This document shows positions 48,977 through 62,259 of a stretch of 64,000 nt of DNA, one piece after another; the stretch's first letter is position 1, and the number at the start of each line of letters is the position of its first letter. The stretch comes from Gracilinanus agilis (lineage: Eukaryota), in contig NC_058130.1 in the NCBI RefSeq assembly GCF_016433145.1, positions 591,631,900-591,695,899 on the forward strand, read 5' to 3'. The notes beneath the pieces are model-generated. The model saw nothing but the letters and a program-made list of their open reading frames with translations, was not told where the DNA came from and searched no databases. A program made the translations under genes and the position numbers.

Positions 48977-51623
48977 TCTGCTATTTATTTTTGACTCTAT
49001 AGGAAATGGAGTTTTTGCTTCCCGGATACAGTCTGCATTCTGGCTTCATAGTTTTGCCAAACCAGGGAGATTATCAATTGGACCAGATAGGGTACAGCCA
49101 ATTATTATAGCTTGATGCTTATTAGAGACTGTTTTCATCTGGTGAATAATTGGAGGATGTTGGGAGCATAGAGTGAAGAGCAGATAATGGCCACATTGCT
49201 TGGTTAGCCAAGCTAAGCAGAAGCTGTTGACTCATGCAATTGAGAAATCTTTTGATATCTTGCCTGGTGTTCTGTTGCAAAGACATTTTGCTGCTCTTCA
49301 TTGGAAGTAAGCAGACTCAGAAATATCTCTAATGCTTTCAGTTCTCTTTATACTATTCAGGGAGTGAACATTCCCAGTGGGAAGGACGTCATGCTGGTGA
49401 CAGTCCTTGAAATGCCTTTTTCAATGTTAAGACTGTTTGGTACCATATATCTTTATTTAGAAGTCACCCTCGATCAATAGTTCCACCTTCCCCATGGTGT
49501 CTATAATAGCATCTATCCTCGTCTCAAACTGCAGGTACTCTGCATTTATATTGCAGTTTTCATCAGAGAGGATAGGATGCAGCACCCCTATTAATTAATG
49601 AATTTTCATGCCACTCTGGATAGAAAAAGCCATTCTTATATTTATTTTTCAAGTGGGTAAACTGACATATATAGAGGATAAGTTATCTGTCTAAGGTCAG
49701 ACAGCAAGTCATTGACTGATCAAGGAATAAAATTCAAGTTCTCCTTAACTCCTAGTTTCTCTCTGAAAACACTAGATAAAATAAAAATAATTAAATATTA
49801 ATGTAAAATACTAATATAATATGGCTCATTCACTACCTGGTTTGTGTAATGTGTGTGTATTTTGCAAATAGAATACATTATTGCAGTGGCATTATTGGTT
49901 CATAGGATGAATAATATATATGAATAATAATAAAAAATCATTTTGTAGATGCTCACTGATAATGCAGGAAGGCTGGCTGGTCAACTAATACTTGCTGCTC
50001 TTTACTGACAAGAAACAGAGCTCCAATCTATGACATGTCATAGAGTAGCAAAAAGATTACTCTCTTAGGAGAATTTAGTGCTGGTTTGCCATCTCCAAGT
50101 TCCTACTTATCCCCTACTACAATTGATTAATTGGGTAATTTGGGCAAGTCTCTTAAAATCTAAGCTTTAACTTTTTCATCTGTTTAAAGGGGGAACTTAT
50201 CACCTTCCCTATCTTTGCCAAAGAATTACTTTGAAAATCAGAATAGAAGATGAAGCTGAGAGTTCCTTGAAGTAGAAAGTGAATGAGTATGATGTATTTT
50301 ATCCGAACCATTTGAAAATTTTTCTAGATGGACAATACACAGCAGAAGAGGAAATAAATGAATGAATAATTAACTAATTTCTATATCTGTGCTAAATATC
50401 AAGTGTATCAGTAGGAAATTCTCCACACTCAAGGAGATCATGTTCCAATGGGACAGACAAAACATGTGGAAGGTTTCAGCTGCAAGTCAGATGTAAAAGC
50501 CCTTAATAAAAGTTCTTAGCTTGTAGCAGCAAAGCAGATAGTTAATATCTATTCTTTAATGTAATTAATGTATATTGCTAAAATAATATCAAGTTTTAAA
50601 AAATGTCAAATCTTTAAAGGACTTTGGTGGTGAGAACTTTCTTCTCTAGATTCACAATAGCTGTGAATAATGAAGACAGAGAGGCTGCAACACAGACGGT
50701 CAATGATCAGGTCCCCTCTCTAAATACTGTCTTCCTGGACAATGGCTGTGGGGATTGGGCTAGAGGCATGGCCTTTACTCTGGGAGGGAGAAGGTCTGCT
50801 CTTTCATAGGCTTTTGCTTGAAGGATCCTAAGCTGTTTCCAACAGCATAAAGATTTTTCTTTGAATGATGCTAGTGTTGAGGAATCAAAGACAGATTGAC
50901 TATTTTGTAGGATATAAGGATATTGGTCCAGTGGTCCAGAAAGATTTGGTTGAGGTGTGCAATCATGACTGCCAACACAGGAATCACATTTTCTTCTAAC
51001 CTGTCAATAATAAAGGACTTATCAAGATCATGGCTATTCTTAAAACTCTGATACAAGAAATTTCTGCCTAGTAACCTACTATCATGAACTCAATATTCTA
51101 AACTAGAAAACTTTGGACAGAGAATAGCAATGTAAGAACAATGAAAAGATTTTTCTCTTCTATGAAAGGTGTTTAATCAGAGTTAGAATGGATGCAATAA
51201 AAGGAACAATAAATAACTTCACACAACACATTTCCTGTAGGACTTGGGAGTAAGGGAAATTTAAATTGAGATGTGACTTGTTGACAGGTTATTTTTCAGT
51301 TTTTCTTTCTAAGTTTTCATTTCAAACAGTTTATATAACAGGGGAAGAGGAAGTTCTTGAAGGCAGAGCTAAATAATGCCTTCACCCTCACCTAAACTTT
51401 CTTCGAAGAAACTATAATATAGGATACCCTTATTATCTTCATTCTTCTTCCTTTATTCATTCCATCAATTGCTTTAGAATGATAATCACTTTATCACTCC
51501 CATTTTTTCTGGAAAGGGTGTTCTATTGTTTACTTACCATGTCTGTGACTACTGAAATTATAACCTCCTCCTTAGCACCATTCCCCATATGAACTGTTTT
51601 TACCTATTAGAATGTAAGCTTTT

Positions 51624-51809
51624 GGGGGCAGCTGGGTAGCTCAGTGTATTGAGAGTCAGGCCTAGAGACTGGAGGTCCTAGGTTCAAATCCGGCCTCAGA
51701 CACTTTCCAGCTGTGTGACCCTGGGCAAGTCACTTGACACCCATTGCCCACCCTTACCACTCTTCCACCTAGGAGCCAATACACAGAAGTTAAGGTTTTA
51801 AAAAAAAAA
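51624..51809 (+). mobile_element. SINE1_Mdo-type SINE (short-tail variant) inserted in an L2 tail
   Basis: Full copy with A-tail; perfect 15-bp TSD agaatgtaagctttt at 51609-51623 and 51810-51824. Confidence 0.96.
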
Positions 51810-51894
51810 AGAATGTAAGCTTTTAAAGGCTGATACAGCCTTATTTTTGAACTTGTGTCCTAAATAATTAGCACAATGTCTGACATAGTATTTC

Positions 51895-52057
51895 TTTTTT
51901 TTTTTTAAACCCTTGTACTTCGGTGTATTGTCTCATAGGTGGAAGAGTGGTAAGGGTAGGCAATGGGGGGTCAAGTGACTTGCCCAGGGTCACGCAGCTA
52001 GGAAGTGGCTGAGGCCGGGTTTGAACCTAAGACCTCCTGTCTCTAGGCCTGAGTATT
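51895..52057 (-). mobile_element. SINE1_Mdo-type SINE (short-tail variant), head lost in a gap
   Basis: Poly-T then 'aaacccttgtacttcggtgtattg..ggtggaagagtggtaagggtaggcaatgggggg tcaagtgacttgcccagggtcac'. Confidence 0.94.
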
Positions 52058-52198
52058 NNNNNNNNNNNNNNNNNNNNNNNNNNNNNNNNNNNNNNNNNNN
52101 NNNNNNNNNNNNNNNNNNNNNNNNNNNNNNNNNNNNNNNNNNNNNNNNNNNNNNNNNNNNNNNNNNNNNNNNNNNNNNNNNNNNNNNNNNNNNNNNNN
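52058..52198. other. Assembly gap (141 N)
   Basis: Run of N. Confidence 1.
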
Positions 52199-53151
52199 TC
52201 CTCCCTGAAATAGTAATTTATACCCGGTTTTATTATTCAAATTTTTTTACTCTAAAAGACAAATTCCTCCATATAACAGGTATAAAAAAACACATTTGTG
52301 AAGAAGATTCTAGTACCCTGGTGGAGAAAGCAATCATTTCATTAGTGCTATTACAGCTAAGCCTACTACTAATTAGTCTTCCTGATCTTAGCATCTCATG
52401 AGAATGACAAGAAGCCTTTAATAGATTCAATGTTTTCCTTCTTTTTGAGGGTTAGGGTAATATACTATCATTTATATCAGGTGAACCCTAATCTTCTCTC
52501 CCAGGAACTGCATGACCCCTTCCCAAACCAGTGCAAATATATTTAGAATGACATGAAGAAATTCTATAGAAGCTTAAACCTAGGAAGTTTTTTCTGTATT
52601 ATTTTCTCTTTTGTTCTCATCTTTACTTTCTTTACTCACCAATAACAGACTAATTCATTTGTATCTCTCTCTTCTTATCACCTCAATATCCACGAAAAAT
52701 CTTAATCCCCAGCCCCTTTCAATATGTGTCAGAGAGGACTTAAGGAACAGCATAATTAATTTGCTATTGAATAAAGACTAATGTGTCATAGAAAATGCAT
52801 ATGTTGGGAGGCATAATTTCAGGGCATGCCTCTTAATGTGTCTGTTAAGGTGTCAGACTAATGAAATAAGTAATGCTACAAATGGCAATTTGATTTGCTA
52901 TTAAAAATATTTACTCAATGAATTTACTTCCTGCCCAGTATCTACTCCATTTACTTTTCTTCCATATATCATCATTGAGGACAACATGAAAAAATGCTGG
53001 ATAAACAAATACTAGTCCCAAGTTCTGATTTATTGCTACTAGTGACTTGAAAAATTAAAATGTATAAGCAGACATGCATCTCTTGATACACAGTATATAG
53101 AATATAATTATACGATACAACAATGACTATAACATAACATACAATATCAAT

Positions 53152-53885
53152 TGTAAGGGGTAAAAAGGGATTTTGGTTGGGTGAATATTAAAAAGTTTGG
53201 ATTCCAGGGAATTGAATAATTATCAATCCCCAATTAAAGAATAACCTCAAGTCAAAATGACTTTTATGGAAATTTATTTACAAGTGAAAAGAGGAAGAGA
53301 AAATAAAGAAAATGAGAGAGAACATAGGATAAGTAATCTAAAACACTAAGTAATTTGCCCTGCTTCCTTTTTCAACCAGGCAGATCTCATTAATCCTCAG
53401 GCAGAGGAGGCTCAGCCTAGAGCCTAAGGCCTGAGGGCTGGAGATGAATGAAGCAGAAGGTTCAGTCAGGGAATCTCTTTTGAAAGAGCAGTTTCTTTAG
53501 AGAAGTCCAGGAAGATTTAGTGTTTACACTCACCACCTATAGTTCTAAGGGAAAGATTTAAGAACAGTCTCACCAAGATCTCAGGGTCCCAGTCCAACAC
53601 TCCTCCAGGTCCAAGTCACAAACAAGAAAAAAAGCTGAACTCACTGAACTCTCTTTTAAAGGGGCTTCTTTTGCATTACTTCCTGTGGCTTCCTCTTAGT
53701 TTACATGTTCAATCACAACAGATGCTTTTCTCAGGACTGCCCAGAAGGCAGTCAGTAAATTTTGATTTGTCACTCACTCTAGCACACAGGGGTAATGGAC
53801 CTCCCAACTTGTGAATTAAGTGGAGTTGTTTACATTTTTGGTGACTATATTTGAGAATGGGCAAGGTAGATTTAATCTCATTATG
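53152..53885 (-). mobile_element. ERV solo LTR (about 730 bp)
   Basis: Starts tgtaaggggtaaaaaggg; minus-strand AATAAA (tttatt at about 53273); TATA-like ttttaaagggg at about 53655; acttcctgt ETS motif; ends 'tttaatctcatta' before a TA-rich tract. Confidence 0.82.
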
Positions 53886-56800
53886 TTTATATTTATATAT
53901 AATATATATAATATATGACATAATATTTAACATAATATGATGCATATATATGTAATTTCCTAAGCTCCAAATCTAAATCTCAAATGGTCAAAAGTAGGGG
54001 TTAACAGACTGTAGCCTTCCTACCAATTCTTATCCACCTGCCTTTCTTGTACAACCATATGAATTTAGTTCTGGGGCTGGATTTGTCTCTTAAATAGTAA
54101 TTTGCTGATGCTTGGTTTAAAGTTTGTATTCAATTCTACATTGCCCTAACTATATTTACCATCATTCCCCAAAACATACTCATCTCTTTGAATTCACAAT
54201 TTCTGCCAGTAGCATTACTATTCTATCACTCTCTCATATTTGAAAACTCTTTATATAGATTCTGAACTATCCTCTTTTCATGTTCCCAAGCCCTGATGAT
54301 TCAACCTCCAGAAAATTTGTCACATCCTTTACCCTCTCTCTTTCCTACTGTCATTACTCTGTTACAGATCATCAATACTAATATTCTTCTAGACTAGAAT
54401 AATAACCGGTTAACAAGTTTCTCTGCCTTTCTCTTTCTTTTCCAATTTGTCCTTCCAAGAGTTGCTTAGCTATTTTTTAAAATATTCTGGTCAGATCACT
54501 TTTCTATTAAAAACCACAAATGTTTTCCTATTGCCTATCAAAGGAGTTCTAGACAGTTTTTTTTGTATCATTCCCATTTTCCTTTTGGATTTCTGAGGCA
54601 ATAGGAGGAATAGAGGTTGGTGGATGGAGCTGAGTTCTATTGCAAGTCTGCAATAGGAATATTCAGCCTTGCTGCCAGAGCATGGTGGTTGGTTGGGGAG
54701 AGGGTATTGAATGAACAAGTTAGGGATTGGGCAATATTTGCTACATAAATTGATTGATAACCTGTAGCTCTCAGCATCACCATCTATACATGATCTACTT
54801 CTATGACCAAGAATTCTGAAAATCCTTTATCTAACAATATCTTCCTATCATTCCACCTCTCCCCATGCCTCACTCCTTTTGAATCTTTTCTTTATCCTTA
54901 CTGTGGCAGAAAATATTGCAGGAGGGTCTCAGTACTCTCCCAGGCTCTGATCATCTTTTCTTCTTTTGCAAATCTAGATTATTTGATTAACTAATTCGAT
55001 CTTATTTGGCAAAATCCTGATATTCCTAACATTATCTTCTTAATGTCATGGCCACTTCATCATGCCAGATAGTGTAAAGAGTTGTTAAAAATCTATACAT
55101 GATAATTCCAAGTTTCTTGCTAATAATAACGGAGATAATATTGGTCATGTTGCCACTGTTGCCAATATTCTTAAATGTGGAAAGTTCTATATACTAAAAA
55201 AATCACCGGTTTAGATCTCTCAGAGCTGTAATAGTAAATGTCACCCATTTTATATGTTAAAGTTGGCATATTTTCTCATCTTAATTTTGTAATAACACCA
55301 AAAGAGAGTTTTGGTACCACAAGTTCATAGCTTTAGAGATGGAAGGGATACCAGATATTATGTAGTTCAAACTTCTATTTTTTACAAATGAGGAAATTAA
55401 GGTGAGGTAAAATGATTTTCCAAAAGTCTCATATGTAGTGTGATGATAACTATAAATATATGTAAAACTATAAATAAAAGACTATAAGAACCATAAATAA
55501 ATTAATAATAATAAATATTAAACTATAAGTGTCAGTAGCTCTGTTCCAGTTCAGAGCTATTCATTATTCTATTTTCTATGTAAATAATCTAGATTAGCTA
55601 CTTATGATCTTGAACTCTAAGCCTTTTTATTCCTTATTTACTTTTGGGTATTTTATGAATTCATAGGATAATGGCATCATAGATTTAAAGCTGAAATCTT
55701 CAGGAGAGTCCTCTAATTGTAGCATTTGAATTTTAACTAAAGGGTAAATTGAGGTAGGATTTAGAGTAAGATATTTATTAGCAAGGGTATGCTACCTGTC
55801 AATAAATGGGTCAGTGATCTGCCTCCATTTTATGCCAAAGGCCAAAAGCAAAAGGAGAATTACCCTTTTTGTAGATTTTGAGGAATATAGAACAAAGAAC
55901 AGAACCATGAATTATCACTGTCTATGCTATATTGCATTTTTACTTATTTTGTTAAATATCTCCAAATTACATTTTAAGTTGGTTCAACACATTGAGGGAG
56001 TTTTGCCACTACCTAGGGCTTTGGGTTTGACATCTTTTCTTCATCTCTCTCTTTTCTACCATTTTGTCCTTTACCAAGGCTTCCTTCCAACACCATTTGC
56101 CTATTATAATAGTGTAATGAGATCATACTTTCTAGTCCACTTCCTTTCTATCAAAACTTCATCCCAGTAAAGGGTCATCTATTTATCCTAAAATATAAAT
56201 GTCCAATAATGTCTAATATCCTATTTTTTCTAAGAATAATGTTATTTTTGAAGAGACAAAGAAGGGAGCTCTGATTGCCCAATATATGTCACAGTCGACT
56301 CAGTGTGAATCTATGTGTGGTGAAAAAGTAGACATCTCTGACATTTTTCAAATTGTACCATATAGACAGATTGCTTATTTTCTTTTTGTAAGAATATTCT
56401 GTACTTTCCCCCAAGACAGCTAGGATAAAGTGAAAAGAATATTGGATTGAAAATCAAGAGACTTTGATTTTATTTCCAACTCCAGCTCTCATTTGTTGTG
56501 TGAGTTTGGGTCCATCAATTAATCATTATATCTCTCAGTTTTCTCATTTATAAATGAGGAAGTTGGACTATTTGGCCACTAACTTCACAAACCATTGTGA
56601 AGAGTTGAAACCATTTTGCTCTGATACTTCAAGTAGGTAAAAATACTTATTTATTTATTCATTTGTTTGTTTTTTACTAAACTAAACGGTTATATATAAA
56701 CAGGGCCTTTTCACCTCATCAAAAATTAATCAGTTACTGGTGTGAGAGATTAGGTCACGGACTAAGCAACATAGAAATAAAAAATAGCAATAAAAGGAAG

Positions 56801-57629
56801 TAACTATCTCAGAATTCGAAGGAGAGATTTTGGAGTCTGGATTTCATAATCTGGCTTGAAAATAGCAATTCATGCATGCCTTTGAGGAGCAAAAAGAGGA
56901 TTAAACTATGGTAGAGAAGGAGATTGTAATGATATCTCATCTCAGAGTAGAACACCTAGGCTGAAGAATAAAATTAATTCTTTTCCTGGCTTCCCTTCCT
57001 AATGCCTACAATATAACTCACAGAATCACTATGAAACATTTCAAGTAAGTTAAATTTTGCTTCAACCACAAAAAGGCTAAGAATTAATAAAACACAGATT
57101 TAATCATGAAACTAGGGATGTTTAACTCTCTGCTCAAGGTTAAATTTTTTCCTACCTTTGGGCTTGCACTGACTATGATTGAACTCAGAACATTTAATCT
57201 AAAATATACTCTGAAAGCCAAAGAAGAGAAGACTGTGTGGCACTTGGGACCATTATATTGCCTTTTGGACTAAAACAAGATAATTATTGGAGCAGGATGT
57301 TACTCAGCAATGATCCATGAGTCTCTATATTGCAGTAGATACTTAGTAGAACCAGGAGAAGATGACATTCAGAGAAATATGATAAGAATTGCAACATAAG
57401 TATGTATGTGGTTTTTGTGCTTTTAGACTGTGGTGAGAACATCTGTCCAGTGAATCTTTTTTCTTTCAATTAAAAAAAATTTTTAAAAGACAATTTTGAA
57501 TTAGTCAATTATAGTGGCAGTTACTAATTACAAAGGTACAATTAGCCATTTGCATTTTGAGACACCAAGAGGTTTCTGTATTTTAAATACTTGCTGTCAT
57601 ATTTGATTTTCTTTGAATGACCCCTGGAA

Positions 57630-58115
57630 GAAGGAAGGAAACAATCATTAATCACCTACTATGTGCCAGGTATGATGCTAAGTGCTTTACAAATGTTATC
57701 TCATTTGATTCTCCCAAAAACCATGAGAACGGTTATCATCCCCTTTTGACAGTTGATGATCCCTCATGGATCATCACCTTGTCTAAGTGGGGGGGGGGGT
57801 TTGTGTAGCTCTTTGAACTATGAATTATGCTATTGTTACCCAAGATGGACAGGTCAGAGAGAAGAGTTCTGACTGGAAAAGGAAATGGCAAACCTCTCCA
57901 GTATCTTTGCCAAGAAAACCTCATGGACAGCATTAAAATGCTAAAAGATATGATACCAAATTGTTTGCTTTGGTCCACAGGGTCACAGGAAGTCAGATAT
58001 GTTTGAATAACTAAATGAAAATTGAAATAAATGAAGCAAAGTTTATATGGCTTGCTCAGAGTCACACAACTAGTAACTGTCTGAGGCTGGATTTGAACTT
58101 AAATTCCTGACTTTA
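57630..58115. mobile_element. Composite of an L2/MIR tail, a MAR1-like tail and a MIR
   Basis: 'tatgtgccaggtatgatgctaagtgctttaca', 'ggaaatggcaaacctctccagtatctttgccaagaaaacc', 'cagagtcacacaactagtaactgtctgaggctggatttgaact'. Confidence 0.75.
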
Positions 58116-60679
58116 GTTGATCCCTGAATTCTATATACATATTACTGTAATTGATGAAACTCTCAGAAATATTCCCTTGAAAACACTGACTATTGTTTGT
58201 CATTTTAACCTCAGTGCCTAGTAGAGAGCCTTGTATATAGTAATTACTTAATGAAAGCTTTTTAATTTGAGTTGGGTCATGTGACAAGAAAATTGTGGAA
58301 GAGTTGTTTCTAGCAACCCTCAAGAACTCAACCACCCACCAAAAAACAAACAAACAAAGAAACAAAGAAACAAACAAAAAACCTTTGAGATGGATTGGAT
58401 CCTTTGCCTTGTTAAAATTGAATATTTTCTCTTTTTGCTCATCCTCAGTTGATTCTCCAGACCTTTAAAAAAATTGCATTTTAAGAATTACCTCTTTGGT
58501 AGACCTCAAAGTGCTTTATAAAACTGAACTTGCTCCCTCAATTTCCTGGTGAGTTTGCAAAGCTTTAAGTGATAGATCTTCTTTATTTTATAGGTGACCT
58601 AGTAAATGGTAGAACTGAGGTGATTGGTAAAATGCCTTCTCTATCTTAGTTCAGTGTTCACTGGAAGACCTTTTCTGAGTTCCTGGTGATATTGTTCATT
58701 TCAACTTTGATTCTTTGGACTAAAATCATCAGAGAAGCTATAGGAACAAGGGAAAAAATGAACTGAACTTTAGTGGTCCATGTTCTCTTTCACAGCTGCT
58801 TACTCAAGGCTTAGCCTCTAGAGAATTTCTGTGGGAAATATACCACTTCAGGCTACAAATCAGTTGGAGGATTTGTGAGATTTTTCTGCTTAAGACAGCT
58901 GAGTGGGTTTTTATTATTTTATTTTTACAAACCCCACAGATCAGAACTTTAACTTTCAACAAGATAGCTCACAAAAGCCAATAATTTCTGGTGCAGTAAT
59001 GGAAAAAAATAACTTCCAACAGTCCTTAAGAGATGAAATGCTAAAAAAGTAGGGATTGTTGCTATTTTCTGAATTCTACAAAATCTTGGATAGCTTATAG
59101 ATGGGTTACTTTTTGGGTAAAGACTTAGTTTTAAAAAGTATAATTAGAAAGTAGTTTAAAAAATTTACCAAATTCCTGACTTCTACTATCACTTTAAGCA
59201 CAATCAATTTGAGATTAGACCCGTTTTATTTTTTTCTTAAAGTTACATGGATTTGTTGCATTTACTCAATAACCAACCCTTTTCTTCATGGTTTCAGTGG
59301 CTTTCTACAAACCCTGGATTTTACTGACCTATGTTAGGATTATGGACCAGAGAGTCAATAAAAACAGTTAACTACTCCCAAGGGGAAAAATCCCATCTTA
59401 TTAAAAATAACAAGGTAAATATCTTCTTTCATTAAGTATGGCACCATAAGACTTTCTGATCTACTTTGCAGGTTTCTTTGACTTATTTCATGAATAATAC
59501 ACTATAAAACTCACATAATATATTTTGACATCCATGTTTCTCCTGGAAGCTTTAATCAGGTCCACCTATAAGGGACTTTTGGCTAAGTGAATGGTAAATC
59601 TTAATCTTGTCCTATTCATCTCTATAACTTATTATTCTTTGTAATTTCTCTACAGATAGGCAGAGAGAGGTCATGGGATATTGTTATATTTTTTTAGTCA
59701 GGGAGCTTATGGTACCAAAAGTTTCTAGCCATTTACTGAACTCCTCTAGAGAATATGAGGTTTCCATTTGTGTTCCTTGGAGGACAGACCATATTGAATT
59801 GTCCAGTGTCCCTATTGGCAATAAGCAAGATGGGAAGGGGGGCAGAGGAAAAATCAATGAGAGGAGAATGGAATAGATTTTAAATAGAAGGATTTATAAA
59901 GTTTTTCTGTGATTCTTCAGTAGGTCTTTGAAAGTGACATTTTTTCAGTAATAAGTAAAATGTCAGTGTGACCTGGAAATAATGAATATCATGCTTTTTG
60001 AAGGTCATTAGCAATCACCATGCCACCTCTCAGCTATGAAGAGCTTTTCAGGCTTGCACAATGTGCATTTATTCTCTAAGTGAATTTGGATTTTTTTTTA
60101 TTCTATTAGTTTGTTCCCAATTTCTAAAACTATTCTGTCTATTCTTCTTCATTTACCACCTGATAAGGGAGAATTGAAAATCTCTGAGTGTCTCCTTGCA
60201 AATATTTGGGTAGAAACATATTGTATCTTATACTGTGTCTATGTGGTCCTACTGGATGGACTATGTTTGTTGAATTAATTGGTTAGCACAGTTAAATAAA
60301 CTTTTTTTGATTTTTAAACAGAAGGAAATTATAATGGTAGAAATGTTGGGCCAAAGGGGATGAATTGGTGACTTGAAGTAAGCAGACTTACCTAGAGTTG
60401 TATTTTAAATAACTTAGTTATGGTATGCTAGTTTCATCTTTCCTATGAACTTTCTGTATCCTACACTACAGTCATCATAGAAAAATATTCAGTTGTCACA
60501 AATCAGGCCTTTACTAGAATTTCCATGATTTGGTGTTGCATCTCCTCATGCCTGGAAAAAAGTCTCAAGCTCATGCATTGCATTGGTTGGACCAACAGCA
60601 TCATCTTCATATGTTCAGATAATTTTCAGAATCATTAAGAAATTTGTGATTGACCCACTTACTAGTATTAAGAACAACA

Positions 60680-61985
60680 AGACACTTTATCCCCTGACTC
60701 TATGCCTTTGCATGGGCTGTCCCACAGGCCTGCAATGATATCCCTTCTCACCTGATTCCTGACTTTCCAAGGCTCTATCAAGACCTGTCTTAAATCCCAG
60801 CTCTTCAAGAGAATTTTGCTAGTTCCTCCCACTGTTAATACCTTTGAACTGAGATCATTTTTCATTTATCTTAGGTATATCTTGTATGTACATAATTGTT
60901 TGCATGTTTACTTTCCCATTTGAATGTGTTTCTACAGCTATATGAAAAATGTTCTAAATCAATATTAATTAGAGAAATGCAGATTAAAACAACTCTAAAG
61001 TATCCCTTTACACCTATCAGATTGGCTAACATGACAAAAATGGAAAAGGACAAATGCTGGAGGAGATATGAAAAAATGGTATATGAATGCACTGTTAGTG
61101 GAGTTGTGAACTGGTTCATCCATTTTGGGGAACAATGTTCTAAACTATGTATACTCTTTGACCCAGCAATATTGATACTGGCTCTATATCACAAAGAGAT
61201 GAAAGCAAAGGGAAAAGGACTCTTCATAAAAAAAAAATTATAGTTCTTTTTTTGTGGTAGCGAAGAATTAGAAATTGAGAGGATGTCCATTAATTAGGGA
61301 ATATGGGAGTCATGCAGTATCGATAGTGATGGAATACTATTTTGCTAAGAGAAATAACAACCAGGATAGTTTCAGAGAAACCTGAAAAGTCTTATATGAA
61401 CTGATGGCAAGTGAAATGAGCAGTAGCAGGAGAAGATTTTACACTGTAACAGCAATATTATAACAATAATCAACTTTGAAAGACTTATCCACTTTCATCA
61501 AGAAAAAAATTGAAGACAATTCCAAAGGACTCATGTTCAAAAATGTTATTTACCTCCATAAAGTACAGATGAACTTGAATGCAGATTGAAGCACACTTTA
61601 TTATTTTTTATATTTTTCTTGCTTTTGTGTATGTGTTTTTTGTAACATGGATAATATAAAATTATATTTTACATTACTTCTCCTGCATAGTTGATTTTAT
61701 ATTTGTTTCCCTTCTCAGTGAGTGGCGGAGGGATAAAAAGAGAGGGAGAGAATTTGGAACTCAAATTTTTAAAACTGAATGTTAAAATTTTTTAAAAATG
61801 TAATCAGGAAACTTATTGAATAAATAAAATATAATTAAAAATAATTTTAAAAATATGAGCCTCTTTAAATTAGGGACAAAATATTTCAAATCAGTGTTTT
61901 TGCTTTTTTTTGTATTAGTAATCAGCACCATATCTTGAAAGTAGAATGTGCTCGGTAAATTCCTTTTGACTGATTGACTTACTGA
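60680..61985 (+). mobile_element. L2 3' fragment split by an L1 insertion
   Basis: 'gcctttgcatgggctgtcccacaggcctgcaatg..tttgcatgtttactttcccatttgaatgtg' resumes after the L1 as 'gagcctctttaaattagggac..gtaaattccttttgactgattgact'. Confidence 0.75.
60935..61850 (+). mobile_element. 5'-truncated old L1 (ORF2 C-terminus and 3' UTR)
   Basis: Translation YEKCSKSILIREMQIKTTLKYPFTPIRLANMTK..KCWR..FDPAILILALYHKE; L1 3' UTR and A-rich tail. Confidence 0.92.
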
Positions 61986-62259
61986 TTGATAGTTGTGAGA
62001 GCATTGGTCTAAGATTAAGGATACCTGAGCTCAAATTCATATATATTTTAGCTATGTTCCCATGCTCACACAGATAACTTTAATACCATCATATCAGACA
62101 TCAAACTGGTAAAAATGATATTACAGTAGTCTTCCTGATCTTTAGTTACTGATAAAATGTGAAAATACTGTTTAAAAGTTGCCTACATTTTAGGATCACT
62201 GTGAGGAAACTACTTGGTAATTATTATGCCCTATTTGAGTAAATACAAGTTATTATTTT

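Noticed and set aside
45303-52401. ORFs containing X runs
   Set aside because: They are artefacts of translation across N gaps.
19516-58874. Other isolated + strand exon-like segments (e.g. 19516-19579, 23481-23525, 37573-37613, 58796-58874)
   Set aside because: Consensus donor and acceptor words are expected dozens of times by chance in 64 kb of this composition. There is no GC/codon support or recognisable peptide, and in-frame chains are easy to build post hoc.
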